Shown: positions 38,859 to 48,180 of the stretch, one piece after another | Position numbering within the stretch: the stretch's first letter is position 1 | Layout: the number at the start of each line of letters is the position of its first letter | Source: an uncultured Verrucomicrobiota bacterium | GTDB taxonomy: Bacteria; Verrucomicrobiota; Kiritimatiellia; CAIVKH01 | Length of the DNA stretch: 64,000 nt | Direction of reading: 5' to 3' | NCBI GenBank assembly: GCA_964388845.1 | Contig: CAYMCD010000004.1 | Location: 452 to 64,451, forward strand | The notes under the pieces: generated by a model | Seen by the model: only the letters and a program-made list of their open reading frames with translations | Told to the model about the DNA's origin: nothing | Databases searched by the model: none | Program-made: the position numbers and the translations under genes

Positions 38859-39793
38859 GGCGCGCGCGGGCATGGCGCGCGCAGCCCTTCCGCCATGCCG
38901 GTTATCAGTGCGGATGTTTTCCCCCATCGGCCCAGCAGAAGGGTGACCGCGAACGTGCGCAGCCACCGCGGGATCGCGCGCGCGATGGCCGTGGCCCGGT
39001 GGCCCCATGTGTCGCCATGCCGGCGAATGATCCACAGATGGTTGCGGGTTGTAAGGTAAATAAAGCGCGGCGAATAGCGCCCGCCCGACGCGCCGAGGGT
39101 GTTTCGGGTCATGGCGGCGGAGACCTTGTGCACGAGGCGCGCGGCGGGGTCGTAATACAGGCGCACGCCGAGCCGCGCGGCGCGCCGGCACCAATCGGCG
39201 TCCTCCATGTAGATGAAGAACTCGTCGGGGAACAGCCCGACCTTTTCGAGCGCCTCGCGTCTGAAGAGCATGCAGCAGCCGGACAGAAATGCCGTTTCGC
39301 ACGGCGCATCGTATTGGCCGCGATCCGGTTCCATCTGGCCGCGGTGTCCGGCCTGCATGCTGCGGGGATTCCATGTTCCGCCCGCGTACCAGATACGGTC
39401 CGGCGGATTGGCGTAGAGGATTTTCGCTGAAATCGCCCCGATCGCCGGGTCGCGTCCGAGCGCGGTGAGCAGGCGTTCCAGGCAATCGGGCGCAACCTCC
39501 GTGTCGTTGTTCAACACCCAGATGAACTCGGCGTCGGCTTCCAGCAGGCGGCGGATGCCGAGGTTGTTACCGGGCGCGAAGCCGATATTGGCCGGGTTTC
39601 GGACGAGGTCCGCGTCCGGGTGCAGGCGGGCGATCCGGTCGGGCGAGTCATCCGTGGAGGCGTTGTCCACCACCACGATGCGCCAGGGTTTCACCGTGCC
39701 GCGCTTCAGCGAGTCCATGCAGGGCAGGGTGTCCTCGCCGCCGTTCCAATTGAGCAGGACCACGCCTGTTTTGGGGGCCGTCATCATTTCCAT
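38855..39793 (-). CDS. Glycosyltransferase family 2
   Basis: MEMMTAPKTGVVLLNWNGGEDTLPCMDSLKRGTVKPWRIVVVDNASTDDS..NIGFAPGNNLGIRRLL..VLNNDTEV is a GT2-A fold with a DxD region. It overlaps the end of the upstream flippase gene by 10 nt. The ORF-track extension to 41359 was rejected. Confidence 0.85.
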   Translation of the reverse strand: MEMMTAPKTGVVLLNWNGGEDTLPCMDSLKRGTVKPWRIVVVDNASTDDSPDRIARLHPDADLVRNPANIGFAPGNNLGIRRLLEADAEFIWVLNNDTEVAPDCLERLLTALGRDPAIGAISAKILYANPPDRIWYAGGTWNPRSMQAGHRGQMEPDRGQYDAPCETAFLSGCCMLFRREALEKVGLFPDEFFIYMEDADWCRRAARLGVRLYYDPAARLVHKVSAAMTRNTLGASGGRYSPRFIYLTTRNHLWIIRRHGDTWGHRATAIARAIPRWLRTFAVTLLLGRWGKTSALITGMAEGLRAPCPRAP

Positions 39794-41166
39794 GAGCCGA
39801 GCAGAATGCGCAGGTAGCGGACAACGGACAAATCCATTCCGCGGATGCCGCGCCAGACAACCCACCAGTTGTTGAAGAGCGCCTGGACGATGCCCGGCGC
39901 GGCGATCAGACCGGCGGGGCCCAGGGTCCGCGTCAGCGCGATGCTGAGGAATACCGAGGCGACGCCCGAGCAGAGTCCGGGCCGCACGAAGGGATTGCGG
40001 TTTTCGGTGAGCACGAGCGCGGCGTAGAGGCTGTGGTGGGCCTCGAGGAAGACGACCAGCAGCAGCGCGCCGAACAGGAGATGCGGCAGGAGCGGCGTTC
40101 GGGAGCCCGCCCAGTCGAGCGCGCGGGCGCCGAACGCGAGCAGCGCGGCGGCCCCCAGCGCGAAGGTCGCGGCGAAGAACAGAATCCGGCGCGCGAACAG
40201 GCGCGCCACCGCCGCGTTCCCGTCCGCGATCCGGAGTTGCGCGAACACCGGGATCTTCACCTGGACCCAGATGGCGCTGACCGCCGCGAGGGTCCCGGCG
40301 AGCTGCATGCTCAACCCATACGTCGCCGTCGCGCGCAGGTCGAGAAAGGCGCTGCAGATCAGGGTGTTCGCCTGGGCGATCAGGAATACGCTGAGCCCGC
40401 CAACGCCGCTGCGCCACGCCATGGGCCACAGGGTCCGGATCAGCGCGCGGTCGAAGGGCTGCCCCCGAAGAGGCAGCCCGGGCACGGCAGCGAGGAATCG
40501 GCGCCGGACGAGCGTCCAGGTGAGCCAGCCCGTGAGCGCCTGGCCCGAAACCAGCGCCCAGAGATTCCAATCGAGCAGGAGACCCGCCGCGGTTATCGTC
40601 AGACCGGCCAGGGCGGCGATCATCTGGGATTGTTGCGCCGCGCGGATACGGTTGATCCCGCCGAGCAGGGCGGCCCAGACCCCGCCGGAAAAATTGACGG
40701 CGAAGGCCAGCGCGTAGGCCATCCAGGCCAGCCGCAACGAGAACCGGTCCTCGAACGATTGCGTTTGGTGGATGATCCACGCCGTGCCCGCCGTCCACAG
40801 CAACGCGAGGATGGCCAGCGCGACGATCCGGTAGAAGCGCGTGAAGGTGGCGACCAGGGACGCCATGCGGATCGGACGGGGCATCGGGTTCGCGGGCAAG
40901 TCGGGCAGCCCCATCGGCTTCAGTTCCGCCGCGCCGGCCCAGAGAAACGAGGCGTTCATCGAAACGGCGTTGCGAAAGCCCATCTCGAGCAGGGCGGACA
41001 GCGTCCCCATCGCGAGAAAGACGTACCAGAGCCCGAGTTCCGCGCGGGGAATGATCCGGGCGGCAAGCGGGATCACGACGACGGCCGACCCGACACGCAG
41101 CAGCGTGTTGAGCCAACTCCACAACACCGCCGAATTCCATGAGCGCTGGATGAGGGCCTTGGGCAT
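39784..41166 (-). CDS. Polysaccharide biosynthesis protein / Wzx-type oligosaccharide flippase (MOP superfamily)
   Basis: MPKALIQRSWNSAVLWSWLNTLLRVGSAVVVIPLAARIIPRAELGLWYVF.. with about 12-14 TM helices, a typical Wzx architecture. The start shares 1 nt with the upstream methyltransferase stop (TGATG). Confidence 0.65.
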   Translation of the reverse strand: MPKALIQRSWNSAVLWSWLNTLLRVGSAVVVIPLAARIIPRAELGLWYVFLAMGTLSALLEMGFRNAVSMNASFLWAGAAELKPMGLPDLPANPMPRPIRMASLVATFTRFYRIVALAILALLWTAGTAWIIHQTQSFEDRFSLRLAWMAYALAFAVNFSGGVWAALLGGINRIRAAQQSQMIAALAGLTITAAGLLLDWNLWALVSGQALTGWLTWTLVRRRFLAAVPGLPLRGQPFDRALIRTLWPMAWRSGVGGLSVFLIAQANTLICSAFLDLRATATYGLSMQLAGTLAAVSAIWVQVKIPVFAQLRIADGNAAVARLFARRILFFAATFALGAAALLAFGARALDWAGSRTPLLPHLLFGALLLVVFLEAHHSLYAALVLTENRNPFVRPGLCSGVASVFLSIALTRTLGPAGLIAAPGIVQALFNNWWVVWRGIRGMDLSVVRYLRILLGSWK

Positions 41167-41846
41167 CACCGGGGTCGCGCGGGGCGCGCAACAAAGACCA
41201 TTTGTTCGCCGAAAAACCGCCCGAGCGGGGGGAGCACGCGGCTGATGCGCCGGCGCAAGGCGGAGCCGAACCCGTAGGTGAAATCGGCGACCCGCATTCC
41301 GTGTTCCGCGAACAGGCGGGTGATCGAACGGCGCGTGAACCACCGGAGGTGCGTCGCATCCATGAGGCCGGACGGCCGATAGCGCCATTCGTTGTGGGCG
41401 ATCAAGTCCCAGAGCACGCCGCCGTAGTTAGTGTTCGGGATCGAAACCACCATCGCGCCGTCCGCCTTGAGGAGCGGTTGCAAACGCGCGATCGTCGCGG
41501 CGGGCTGGTTCAGGTGCTCGAGCACGTCGGCAAAAACGATGTAGTCCAGCGAGCTCGGCGGCAGGTCGGGCAGGATGCGCTCCGCATCGCCCTCCCACAC
41601 GCGATCGAGCTTGTTTCGCGCCGCGGCCGCCGCTTCCGGATAGCCCTCGATGCCGTATCCCTTCGCGAGCCGGCCCTCTTCGCGGACGATTTCGAGCAAG
41701 CGCCCCCCGGCGCATCCGACGTCGAGGATGCACAGGTTCTCGCCGCGGAGTCGCCAGAGGACGAGCGTGTTGGCGCCGTCGTAGTAGCCGCCGGGTTTGT
41801 CGGAATAGGTCTCGCCGCGCGGAGCATTGTTCGGAGGCGCATGCAT
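41166..41846 (-). CDS. Class I SAM-dependent methyltransferase
   Basis: ..LCILDVGCAGGRLLEIVREEG.. (motif I) and ..YIVFADVLEHLNQPAATIARLQPLLKADGAMVVSIPN.. (motifs II/III). ATG at 41846. Confidence 0.8.
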   Translation of the reverse strand: MHAPPNNAPRGETYSDKPGGYYDGANTLVLWRLRGENLCILDVGCAGGRLLEIVREEGRLAKGYGIEGYPEAAAAARNKLDRVWEGDAERILPDLPPSSLDYIVFADVLEHLNQPAATIARLQPLLKADGAMVVSIPNTNYGGVLWDLIAHNEWRYRPSGLMDATHLRWFTRRSITRLFAEHGMRVADFTYGFGSALRRRISRVLPPLGRFFGEQMVFVARPARPR

Positions 41847-41848
41847 GG

Positions 41849-42616
41849 TCAGCCGGCCTTTGCTGCGAGCCAGAGATCGGGATTGACGCGCCCGTTCCGC
41901 ACGCGATAACCGCGGGCTGCGAGCAGTTTTTTCAATACGTCGGGCGATTTGTCGCGCCGCGCGTGGATTTCCATCAGGATGTTTGTCGCGGCGGCCCACA
42001 GGCCATTCGGCAGGGTCTCCAGAATTTCGTACTCATCGCCCTCGCAATCTATTTTCAACAGGTCGAGCGCCGGGCGGCCCTCTTCCTCCCACACGGACGC
42101 GATATTTCGCAGCGGCAATTGTGTGGGAATCCCGGACGCAGCGTGCCGGCTGGTCTGGCCGTAGGAATCGAACGGCACAAAGGCGGCGACGGATTGGTCG
42201 CGGTCGGCGAGGCCGTACGGGCGGGTTTCCCATGGCTGGTCGTTCCACTCCGCCTGATTCTTCGCGAGCACGGCGAATGTCTCCGCGCAGGGCTCGAACG
42301 AGGTGATGTGCGTTCCGGGATGGCGGCGCAGCAGCCAGATCGCGAAGCACCCGATGTTGCCGCCGATATCCCAGACCCGCCGCGGCGGCGAGGCGGGGAA
42401 CAACTCGCCATAACTTTCCGCGACGAACAGTTCGCCCATCGCGACGGTGTCAAATTTGGGGCGAACCCAGAGCGCGCGTCCGCCGCGCATGCGCAGGCGC
42501 TTGGCGTCGGGGCGTTCTCGTCCGGTGTAGCGCATCAGGGCCGCGGTTCTCCAATCTATGAACACGCGCCGATACTTCATCAGCGAGCCGAGTTTCCTTA
42601 GCGGGGAAGCGTTCAT
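41849..42616 (-). CDS. FkbM-family methyltransferase
   Basis: ..RVWDIGGNIGCFAIWLLRRHPGTHITSFEPCAETFAVLAKN..LLKIDCEGDEYEILE.. matches the FkbM signature (DIGANxG ... KIDxEGxE). ATGA overlap with the upstream gene stop (42613-42616). Confidence 0.8.
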   Translation of the reverse strand: MNASPLRKLGSLMKYRRVFIDWRTAALMRYTGRERPDAKRLRMRGGRALWVRPKFDTVAMGELFVAESYGELFPASPPRRVWDIGGNIGCFAIWLLRRHPGTHITSFEPCAETFAVLAKNQAEWNDQPWETRPYGLADRDQSVAAFVPFDSYGQTSRHAASGIPTQLPLRNIASVWEEEGRPALDLLKIDCEGDEYEILETLPNGLWAAATNILMEIHARRDKSPDVLKKLLAARGYRVRNGRVNPDLWLAAKAG

Positions 42617-44877
42617 GGGGTTGGCGGCGGTATGCTGAGCCCGAGACGGTTGCGCAGCAAGTCGAACCAAAGGGGGCCGGTGCTGTCCGGCGAATAGCTC
42701 GCCGCGCGCTGCCGGCCGTTGCGGCCCATCTCGGCGCGCAGTTCCGGGTGCTTCAACAAGTGGACCAGCCGCGCCGCCAGCTCGGTTGGATTGTCCGGTG
42801 GGACGAGATGGCCATCCTGTCCGTCGCGTATGACATCCATCAAGCCATCCACGCGCGATGCGACTATGGGGACGCCGGCCGCGCATCCTTCGACGGCCAC
42901 ATAGCCGAAACTTTCGTACATGCTGGTGATGACCAGCACGTCGGCCGCCGCCATATAGGCCCGGCTGTCCGTCTGGTAGCCGAGAAAACGACAGGTTGAC
43001 TCGATCCCCAACCGGTTCGACAGCGATTGAAGCGATGTTCGTTCCGGGCCGTCGCCGACAATCCAAAGTCGCGCCGCGGGATGTTGCGCGATTACGGAGG
43101 GCCAGGCGGCAAGCAACTGGTCAATGCATTTCTGGTCGCTGAGCCGGGCCACGGCGACCACGTGTTGGTGTTGGTCCGACCATCCATGGCGCAAGCGCAC
43201 CGCGGCGACCTCGTCCGGCGTGGGACTCGATTCCGGCGGAATGGTCGGCGGGATGCAGACGATTTTTTCAGCGGGCGCCAGGTGGCGGAGAACGTACTGG
43301 TGGCGTGAACTGTCGGTGAACGTCACCACGGCGTCCGCGAGGCGGCAGGGCAGCCATTCGCACAAACGGTTGCGGATGATGCGAAACCAATCCCAGTCCG
43401 TGTAAAATGCCGGCCATTGCGCGACGTACACGATGTGGCGCACACCCGCCAGACGACCCGCGAGGGCGCCGATGGGGCCGGCGGGCTGTCCGTGGACCAC
43501 GAGAACATCCGGACGCAACGCGCGGATGCGCCGCCAGAGCGCCGGACCGGCTCGGATCCATGCCCGGGGATGAATGGGCCGCATCTCCCGATAGGGGATG
43601 CCGTGCCGTTCGCAATACGTTGCGACAAGTCCGCGCGACCCGCCAATGGCGCTTTGTCGGCACCAGGGGACAAATTTACGAATCAGGCCGACAATGATCG
43701 GCGGCCCGCCACCGGGGCCGTCGTGGTGAACGAAATGGGTCATCAGCGGGCGGGTCTCGGGCAGGAGCGCGTTCAGCAGGACCGGCGCGATGCGCTCCGG
43801 TTGATAGGCCTCCGCCGTCTGGTGTCCGGCCTCGCCCATGCGGGCTCGTTCGGCGGGATCGTTGATCAGGCGCAGGAGGGCCTGCGCGAAGGCCTCCGTA
43901 TCGCCGGGCGGAAGGAGCAGGCCGTCGCGGCCGTTTGTAATGATGCTGCGCGGACCATCCACCTCGGTGGCGACGACGGGTTTGCGCGCGGCGAACGCTT
44001 CCAGCACCACATTTCCGAAGGTTTCGAAGAGGGCCGCATGGGCGAGGATGTCGCCGGCGGCGATGTATTCCGCGCCGGTGTACTGATCGTCGTTGATCCA
44101 CGTGACATGCGATTCGACGCCCAGCGCCCGGGCCAGCTCAACGAGCTGCGCCTTGAGATCGCCCTGGCCGACCATCCACAGATGGGCGTCGGGTCGCCGC
44201 TCGATCACGCGCTTCCAACCGGCCAGTAGCCAATCGCCTCGCTTCTGCCGCTCCATGCGGCCCACGCTGATGACGTTGCAAGCATGCCGGTCGAATTGAT
44301 GCGACTCCCGCAGGCGCCGCACGCGTTCGGGATCGGCCTGCGCGGACGCCGCGATCGCGTTGGGCACGACCCGCAGGCGCCCGGGCGGGGCCAGGCCGCG
44401 GATCAGGAACTGATAGCGGGTGCTTTCCGTGAGGCATATGACCCGGTGACTTAGCGCGCACGCCACGCGCTCCGCCGCGTGATTGCGCAGGCTGCGGACG
44501 AGGTCCCAGTTGGCGTAGAAAGCGGGCCACCGGGCAATGTAGACGCGCAGCGGAACGCGCGCCAACCACGCGGCCGCCGCGCCTACGGGCCCGGCCCACT
44601 GCCCGTGAAGCACAACCGTATCGGGCCGCGCCCGGCGCAAATGCCGCCAGCACTGCCACCAACCGCGCGGGAGCGCGCGTTGCCGGTCGAGCGCCACGCG
44701 GCGATGCGGAATCCCCGCGCGATCGCAATAGTCGGCTACGCGCCCGGCGCCGCCGTGCAGCACGGACTGATCGTAGTGCGCGGCCAGCGTCTCCAGTTGT
44801 GTGATGAGCGACTGGGGGCCCCCGCCGGGGCCGTCCAGATGGAGAATGTGGACCAGGGCGGGCCGCGATGCCGTCAT
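42613..44877 (-). CDS. Didomain glycosyltransferase: two tandem GT1 (GT4-type) modules in one 754-aa polypeptide
   Basis: Module 1 is MTASRPALVHILHLDGPGGGPQSLITQL...ETFGNVVLEAFAARKPVVATEVDGPRS... Module 2 is ..THFVHHDGPGGGPPIIVGLIRKF...ESFGYVAVEGCAAGVPIVASRVDGLMD... The modules are mutually homologous and there is no stop between them. ATGA overlap at 44874-44877. The ORF-track extension to 45969 was rejected. Confidence 0.8.
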   Translation of the reverse strand: MTASRPALVHILHLDGPGGGPQSLITQLETLAAHYDQSVLHGGAGRVADYCDRAGIPHRRVALDRQRALPRGWWQCWRHLRRARPDTVVLHGQWAGPVGAAAAWLARVPLRVYIARWPAFYANWDLVRSLRNHAAERVACALSHRVICLTESTRYQFLIRGLAPPGRLRVVPNAIAASAQADPERVRRLRESHQFDRHACNVISVGRMERQKRGDWLLAGWKRVIERRPDAHLWMVGQGDLKAQLVELARALGVESHVTWINDDQYTGAEYIAAGDILAHAALFETFGNVVLEAFAARKPVVATEVDGPRSIITNGRDGLLLPPGDTEAFAQALLRLINDPAERARMGEAGHQTAEAYQPERIAPVLLNALLPETRPLMTHFVHHDGPGGGPPIIVGLIRKFVPWCRQSAIGGSRGLVATYCERHGIPYREMRPIHPRAWIRAGPALWRRIRALRPDVLVVHGQPAGPIGALAGRLAGVRHIVYVAQWPAFYTDWDWFRIIRNRLCEWLPCRLADAVVTFTDSSRHQYVLRHLAPAEKIVCIPPTIPPESSPTPDEVAAVRLRHGWSDQHQHVVAVARLSDQKCIDQLLAAWPSVIAQHPAARLWIVGDGPERTSLQSLSNRLGIESTCRFLGYQTDSRAYMAAADVLVITSMYESFGYVAVEGCAAGVPIVASRVDGLMDVIRDGQDGHLVPPDNPTELAARLVHLLKHPELRAEMGRNGRQRAASYSPDSTGPLWFDLLRNRLGLSIPPPTP

Positions 44878-46061
44878 GCGGCGGCTCCCTTCGTGTGGAG
44901 GGCGAGCACAGTCAGGGCGCGCGCGCGAAACGCCGCCCCGCCGAATTGTTCGACGCGCCGGCGGCCCGCCGCGCCCATCAGCGCGCGGCGATCCGGCTGC
45001 GCGATCAGCGTGTCCAGCGCGTCGGCAAAGGCCTGGGTGTCTCCGGCGGGGGACTGGAGCCCTTCCACGCCGTGCGAAAAATTCATCCGCACGCCGTCCG
45101 CCTCCATGGCGACGAGCGGGCGGCCGGCGCCCATGGCCCAAAGCGACAGCCGGCTGTGCATTTCGTACAGGCTCGTCATGGCGACGATGTCCGCCGCGGC
45201 GGCGTAGTGCGCGAGCGGGCGCGTCGGCTGGAGAAGGGAGCAGCGCGAGAGGCCCAGGCGGCCCGCCCGCGCCCGGAGGGCCCGCTCCTCCGGGCCGATC
45301 CCCGCGATCGCGAGCCGGGCGGGGCAGCCGCGCTCCTCCACCAGCGCCCAGCCTTGCAGCAGCCAGTCGAGCCTCGCACGGGCGGCCAGATCGCCCGCGT
45401 ACACCACCAGCGTATCGCCCGGGCGGATACCGAGATCGCCGCGGATGGCGGCGCGCGCGGACTCGTCCGGCAACTCCTCTGCCGCGAAAGGTTTCGGCAA
45501 CAGGATGAACGTTTCCTCGGGCGCCCAGTCGCGCAGCAGGTACTGGTAGCGCGTGCCGTACGCGGGCACGATCACGTCGCGCGCGCCGGTCACAATCGCG
45601 TGTTGCCGCAGGAAGACGCGGGCGACATTCCACAGGGAGGTGTCCTGGTAGAGGTCGTCCGACAGGGCGACGTACGTCGTGTTGGAGAAGCCCGCCGCGC
45701 GCGCCGACGCCAGGCCGTGTCGCGCGGCCCGTGAGCCGATGAAGATCAACCAGTCGGGGCGCGCGTCGCGCAGGGCCCGGATCGCGCGACCGCGCGACGA
45801 CCGCGCGAAGGGCGCGCGGTCGTCGCATCGGACGCCGGCGAGGCGTTCGCGGTTTTCCGCGCGCTCGGCGGGCTCGATCCTGACGAGCGCGTCGGCGCGC
45901 GTCCCCCATGCGGCGCAGAGGTCCGCGGCATAGCGCGCGAATTCGCCCGAGGGATCGGATTCGACCCACAGTTCCACGCGCGGCGCAAGGGCGCGATGCG
46001 CGGCGTCAGACCGGGGCGGGATGGGCTGGGTGGAGTCGTGCACGTGCGTTATCCGGCCCAT
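44874..46061 (-). CDS. Glycosyltransferase family 1
   Basis: MGRITHVHDSTQPIPPRSDAAHRALAPRVELWVE.. and the GT1 core ..TSLYEMHSRLSLWAMGAGRPLVAMEADGVRM... ATG at 46061. The 250-aa ORF-track extension was rejected. Confidence 0.8.
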   Translation of the reverse strand: MGRITHVHDSTQPIPPRSDAAHRALAPRVELWVESDPSGEFARYAADLCAAWGTRADALVRIEPAERAENRERLAGVRCDDRAPFARSSRGRAIRALRDARPDWLIFIGSRAARHGLASARAAGFSNTTYVALSDDLYQDTSLWNVARVFLRQHAIVTGARDVIVPAYGTRYQYLLRDWAPEETFILLPKPFAAEELPDESARAAIRGDLGIRPGDTLVVYAGDLAARARLDWLLQGWALVEERGCPARLAIAGIGPEERALRARAGRLGLSRCSLLQPTRPLAHYAAAADIVAMTSLYEMHSRLSLWAMGAGRPLVAMEADGVRMNFSHGVEGLQSPAGDTQAFADALDTLIAQPDRRALMGAAGRRRVEQFGGAAFRARALTVLALHTKGAAA

Positions 46062-47476
46062 TCGCCTGCGATCCGGGCCCAACCCGGCGCGGGGCGAAAC
46101 GCAAGCGGGGCGCGTCCGGCGGCCGGCGCGAGGGGCGCGAGCAACAGGGGGCGCGAGCCCGATCGCCTGGCCTGCGCGACGATCGGGATGCGATCCGGAT
46201 TCAGGCCCATCAGGCGGGTCGCGCAGTCGTCGAGCGCCACGGGATTCAGGGAAGCCAGCAGCAGGCCTGTCCGGACGGGCATGGGGCGCAGGGGGCCGTC
46301 GCCGTCGCCGGCCACCACCCCGTCCAGCACATGCAGCGTCGCGCGCCGCGGCGCATCGTGCAGCCGGCCTTCGGCGTCCGCGTACAACAGCGCCCGGTTC
46401 AGATCGAGACAGGTTCGCCAGATGGTGTCGTTCCCGTGCCATCCGCCTTCGACATCCGTGGGATAGCTGCGAATCCGGTCGAGAAAGAGCAACTTGTACG
46501 CCAGCACACAGAAGCGCTGGTATATCCGGGGTTTGCCCAGCAGATGCATGTTCGCGAAGTCCAGCAGGGCCTCGAGAAGGGTCTTGGGAAGCGTGGCCAC
46601 TTCGTAGTTGTCCCCGCCCCGGTTGGCCGCGCCCTTGCGGTGGTGCGGCAGGTAATCCTTGTTGCCGTTGATGCCGACGAGGTTTTTCAACGCCAGCGTG
46701 ACGCCCGCCTTCTTGTGGGTCTTCATCTTCGGCGCGTTGATGACCAGGTCGGCCTCCAGGATGTCGCGGGCGACCAGGTAGCGATGCACGCCGGGCCGGT
46801 GGTTGCTCCACATCAGACGGGGGTCGTACATCGTGACGCGAAAGCGCCGCGCGTCACCCGAGAGGGCCTCCAGTTCGCTTTCCGCGCCTAGGTCGAGCAG
46901 CACGTAGTCCTCGACCGGGCGCAGTTCGCGGGCGAGGTCGGCCCGGTCTCGGCCCCGCCGCATCACCGTGCGCCGGAAATCCACGATTGCCAGCGGGCAT
47001 CCCCGTTTCTTCAGATCCGCCGCCACGCGGTCGAATCCCAGCGCCAGCAGGGCGTCGAAATCGCAAAGTTGCAGCGGCGCGTCGCCGACGACGATGCGGG
47101 CGGGCCGCGCCTTCCATGCGTAGTCAATCAGCGCCCGGAGCACGGATGCATGGGTGATCAGCTCGTCGGTCCCGCCGGCGCCCTCGTTGTGGTCCATCAC
47201 CCAATTGGGCTTGATGACGATACGTCCGCCGGGCGGCACGAGCGCGCCGATCGGGTTCCAGCCCGGTGTGTTGAACCGGTCGCGGTCGAGCCCGAGCGAG
47301 GCCAGCGCATTTCGCACAGCGGCATAGACCGGGTTCGGCGCCTGCCCGACCGGCCCGTCGTATTCGGGATAGGCCGTGCCGGGGTGATAGGGCGCCGCCT
47401 CCGGCGGCGGATATTCCGCGGGGGTCCGTTCAACGGCGACGGCCGTCATCGTTCGAATGTCCACTGGCGGCGGCAT
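46049..47476 (-). CDS. DUF362-like hypothetical protein (first gene of the minus-strand glycan operon)
   Basis: ..RIVIKPNWVMDHNEGAGGTDELITH..ADLVINAPKMKTHKKAGVTLALKNLVGINGNKDYLPHHR.. resembles DUF362 from memory. Start taken at ATG 47476 (MPPPVDIRT..); 47449 is an alternative. Upstream sequence overlaps the divergent gmhB-like gene. Confidence 0.45.
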   Translation of the reverse strand: MPPPVDIRTMTAVAVERTPAEYPPPEAAPYHPGTAYPEYDGPVGQAPNPVYAAVRNALASLGLDRDRFNTPGWNPIGALVPPGGRIVIKPNWVMDHNEGAGGTDELITHASVLRALIDYAWKARPARIVVGDAPLQLCDFDALLALGFDRVAADLKKRGCPLAIVDFRRTVMRRGRDRADLARELRPVEDYVLLDLGAESELEALSGDARRFRVTMYDPRLMWSNHRPGVHRYLVARDILEADLVINAPKMKTHKKAGVTLALKNLVGINGNKDYLPHHRKGAANRGGDNYEVATLPKTLLEALLDFANMHLLGKPRIYQRFCVLAYKLLFLDRIRSYPTDVEGGWHGNDTIWRTCLDLNRALLYADAEGRLHDAPRRATLHVLDGVVAGDGDGPLRPMPVRTGLLLASLNPVALDDCATRLMGLNPDRIPIVAQARRSGSRPLLLAPLAPAAGRAPLAFRPAPGWARIAGEWAG

Positions 47477-47587
47477 AGTGAGAGGCCTTCGGGGGAGTAA
47501 AGCATGGCCGGTGTATGGCATGAAGCGCAGAGTTGAGGCCCACCCGGGGGTTGCGTCCGTCCGCGAGGCCGTTATCCTGTGACCGCG

Positions 47588-48145
47588 ATGAAAGAGAAGG
47601 CCCGGACCCCCTGCGTGTTTTTCGACCGCGACGGGATCGTCAACCACCCGCCGGACGACGTGCGGCGCTACGTGCTGCACGAGGACGAATTCGAATTGCT
47701 CCCCGGCTTCGTCGAGTCGCTGCGGATCGTAATCGAGCGCGGCTACAAGGCCGTGATCGTGACCAACCAGGCGGGTGTGTCGCGGGGCCGCATGACGCAG
47801 GCCGATCTCGACCGGATTCATGAGAAATTGCGGCGGCTGTTGCGCGAGCGGGGGCTGGCGCTCCACGACATCCTCGTATGCACGTCGTTCGACGATGCCC
47901 ACCCCAACCGGAAGCCGAACCCCGGCATGTTGCTTGAAGCCGCCGCCCTGCATCGCCTCGATCTGTCGCGGTCGTGGATGATTGGCGACAACGAAAAAGA
48001 CGTGACAGCCGGGGTGCGCGCCGGCGTCCACAAGACGGTCAAGGTGAAGCGGTTGCCGACCCAGACCCACGCCGATTTTCGCGTGGATACCATGGCCCAG
48101 TTGCCGGACCTTCTGCACAGGCATCTGCCGGCCGTGGCGCATTGA
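47588..48145 (+). CDS. gmhB: D-glycero-D-manno-heptose-1,7-bisphosphate phosphatase-like HAD-IIIA hydrolase
   Basis: MKEKARTPCVFFDRDGIVNHPPDD.. (DxDG motif I); ..VIVTNQAGVSRG.. (motif II); ..KPNPGMLLEA..; ..IGDNEKDVTAGVRAGV.. (motif IV). A GTG at 47579 is an alternative start. Confidence 0.75.
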   Translation: MKEKARTPCVFFDRDGIVNHPPDDVRRYVLHEDEFELLPGFVESLRIVIERGYKAVIVTNQAGVSRGRMTQADLDRIHEKLRRLLRERGLALHDILVCTSFDDAHPNRKPNPGMLLEAAALHRLDLSRSWMIGDNEKDVTAGVRAGVHKTVKVKRLPTQTHADFRVDTMAQLPDLLHRHLPAVAH

Positions 48146-48180
48146 CCCCCACCGGCGCCGGTGTATTATATCCGCTGGAC

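Noticed and set aside
30147-48142. Very long N-terminal extensions given by the ORF track for minus-strand glycan genes (30147-31847, 35030-37186, 37728-39485, 38855-41359, 39784-41388, 41849-43066, 42613-45969, 44874-46811, 46049-48142)
   Set aside because: The extensions are Arg/Pro/Gly-rich, overlap the upstream gene in another frame, and each true start is marked by a conserved family N-terminus plus an ATGA/GTGA overlap with the preceding stop.
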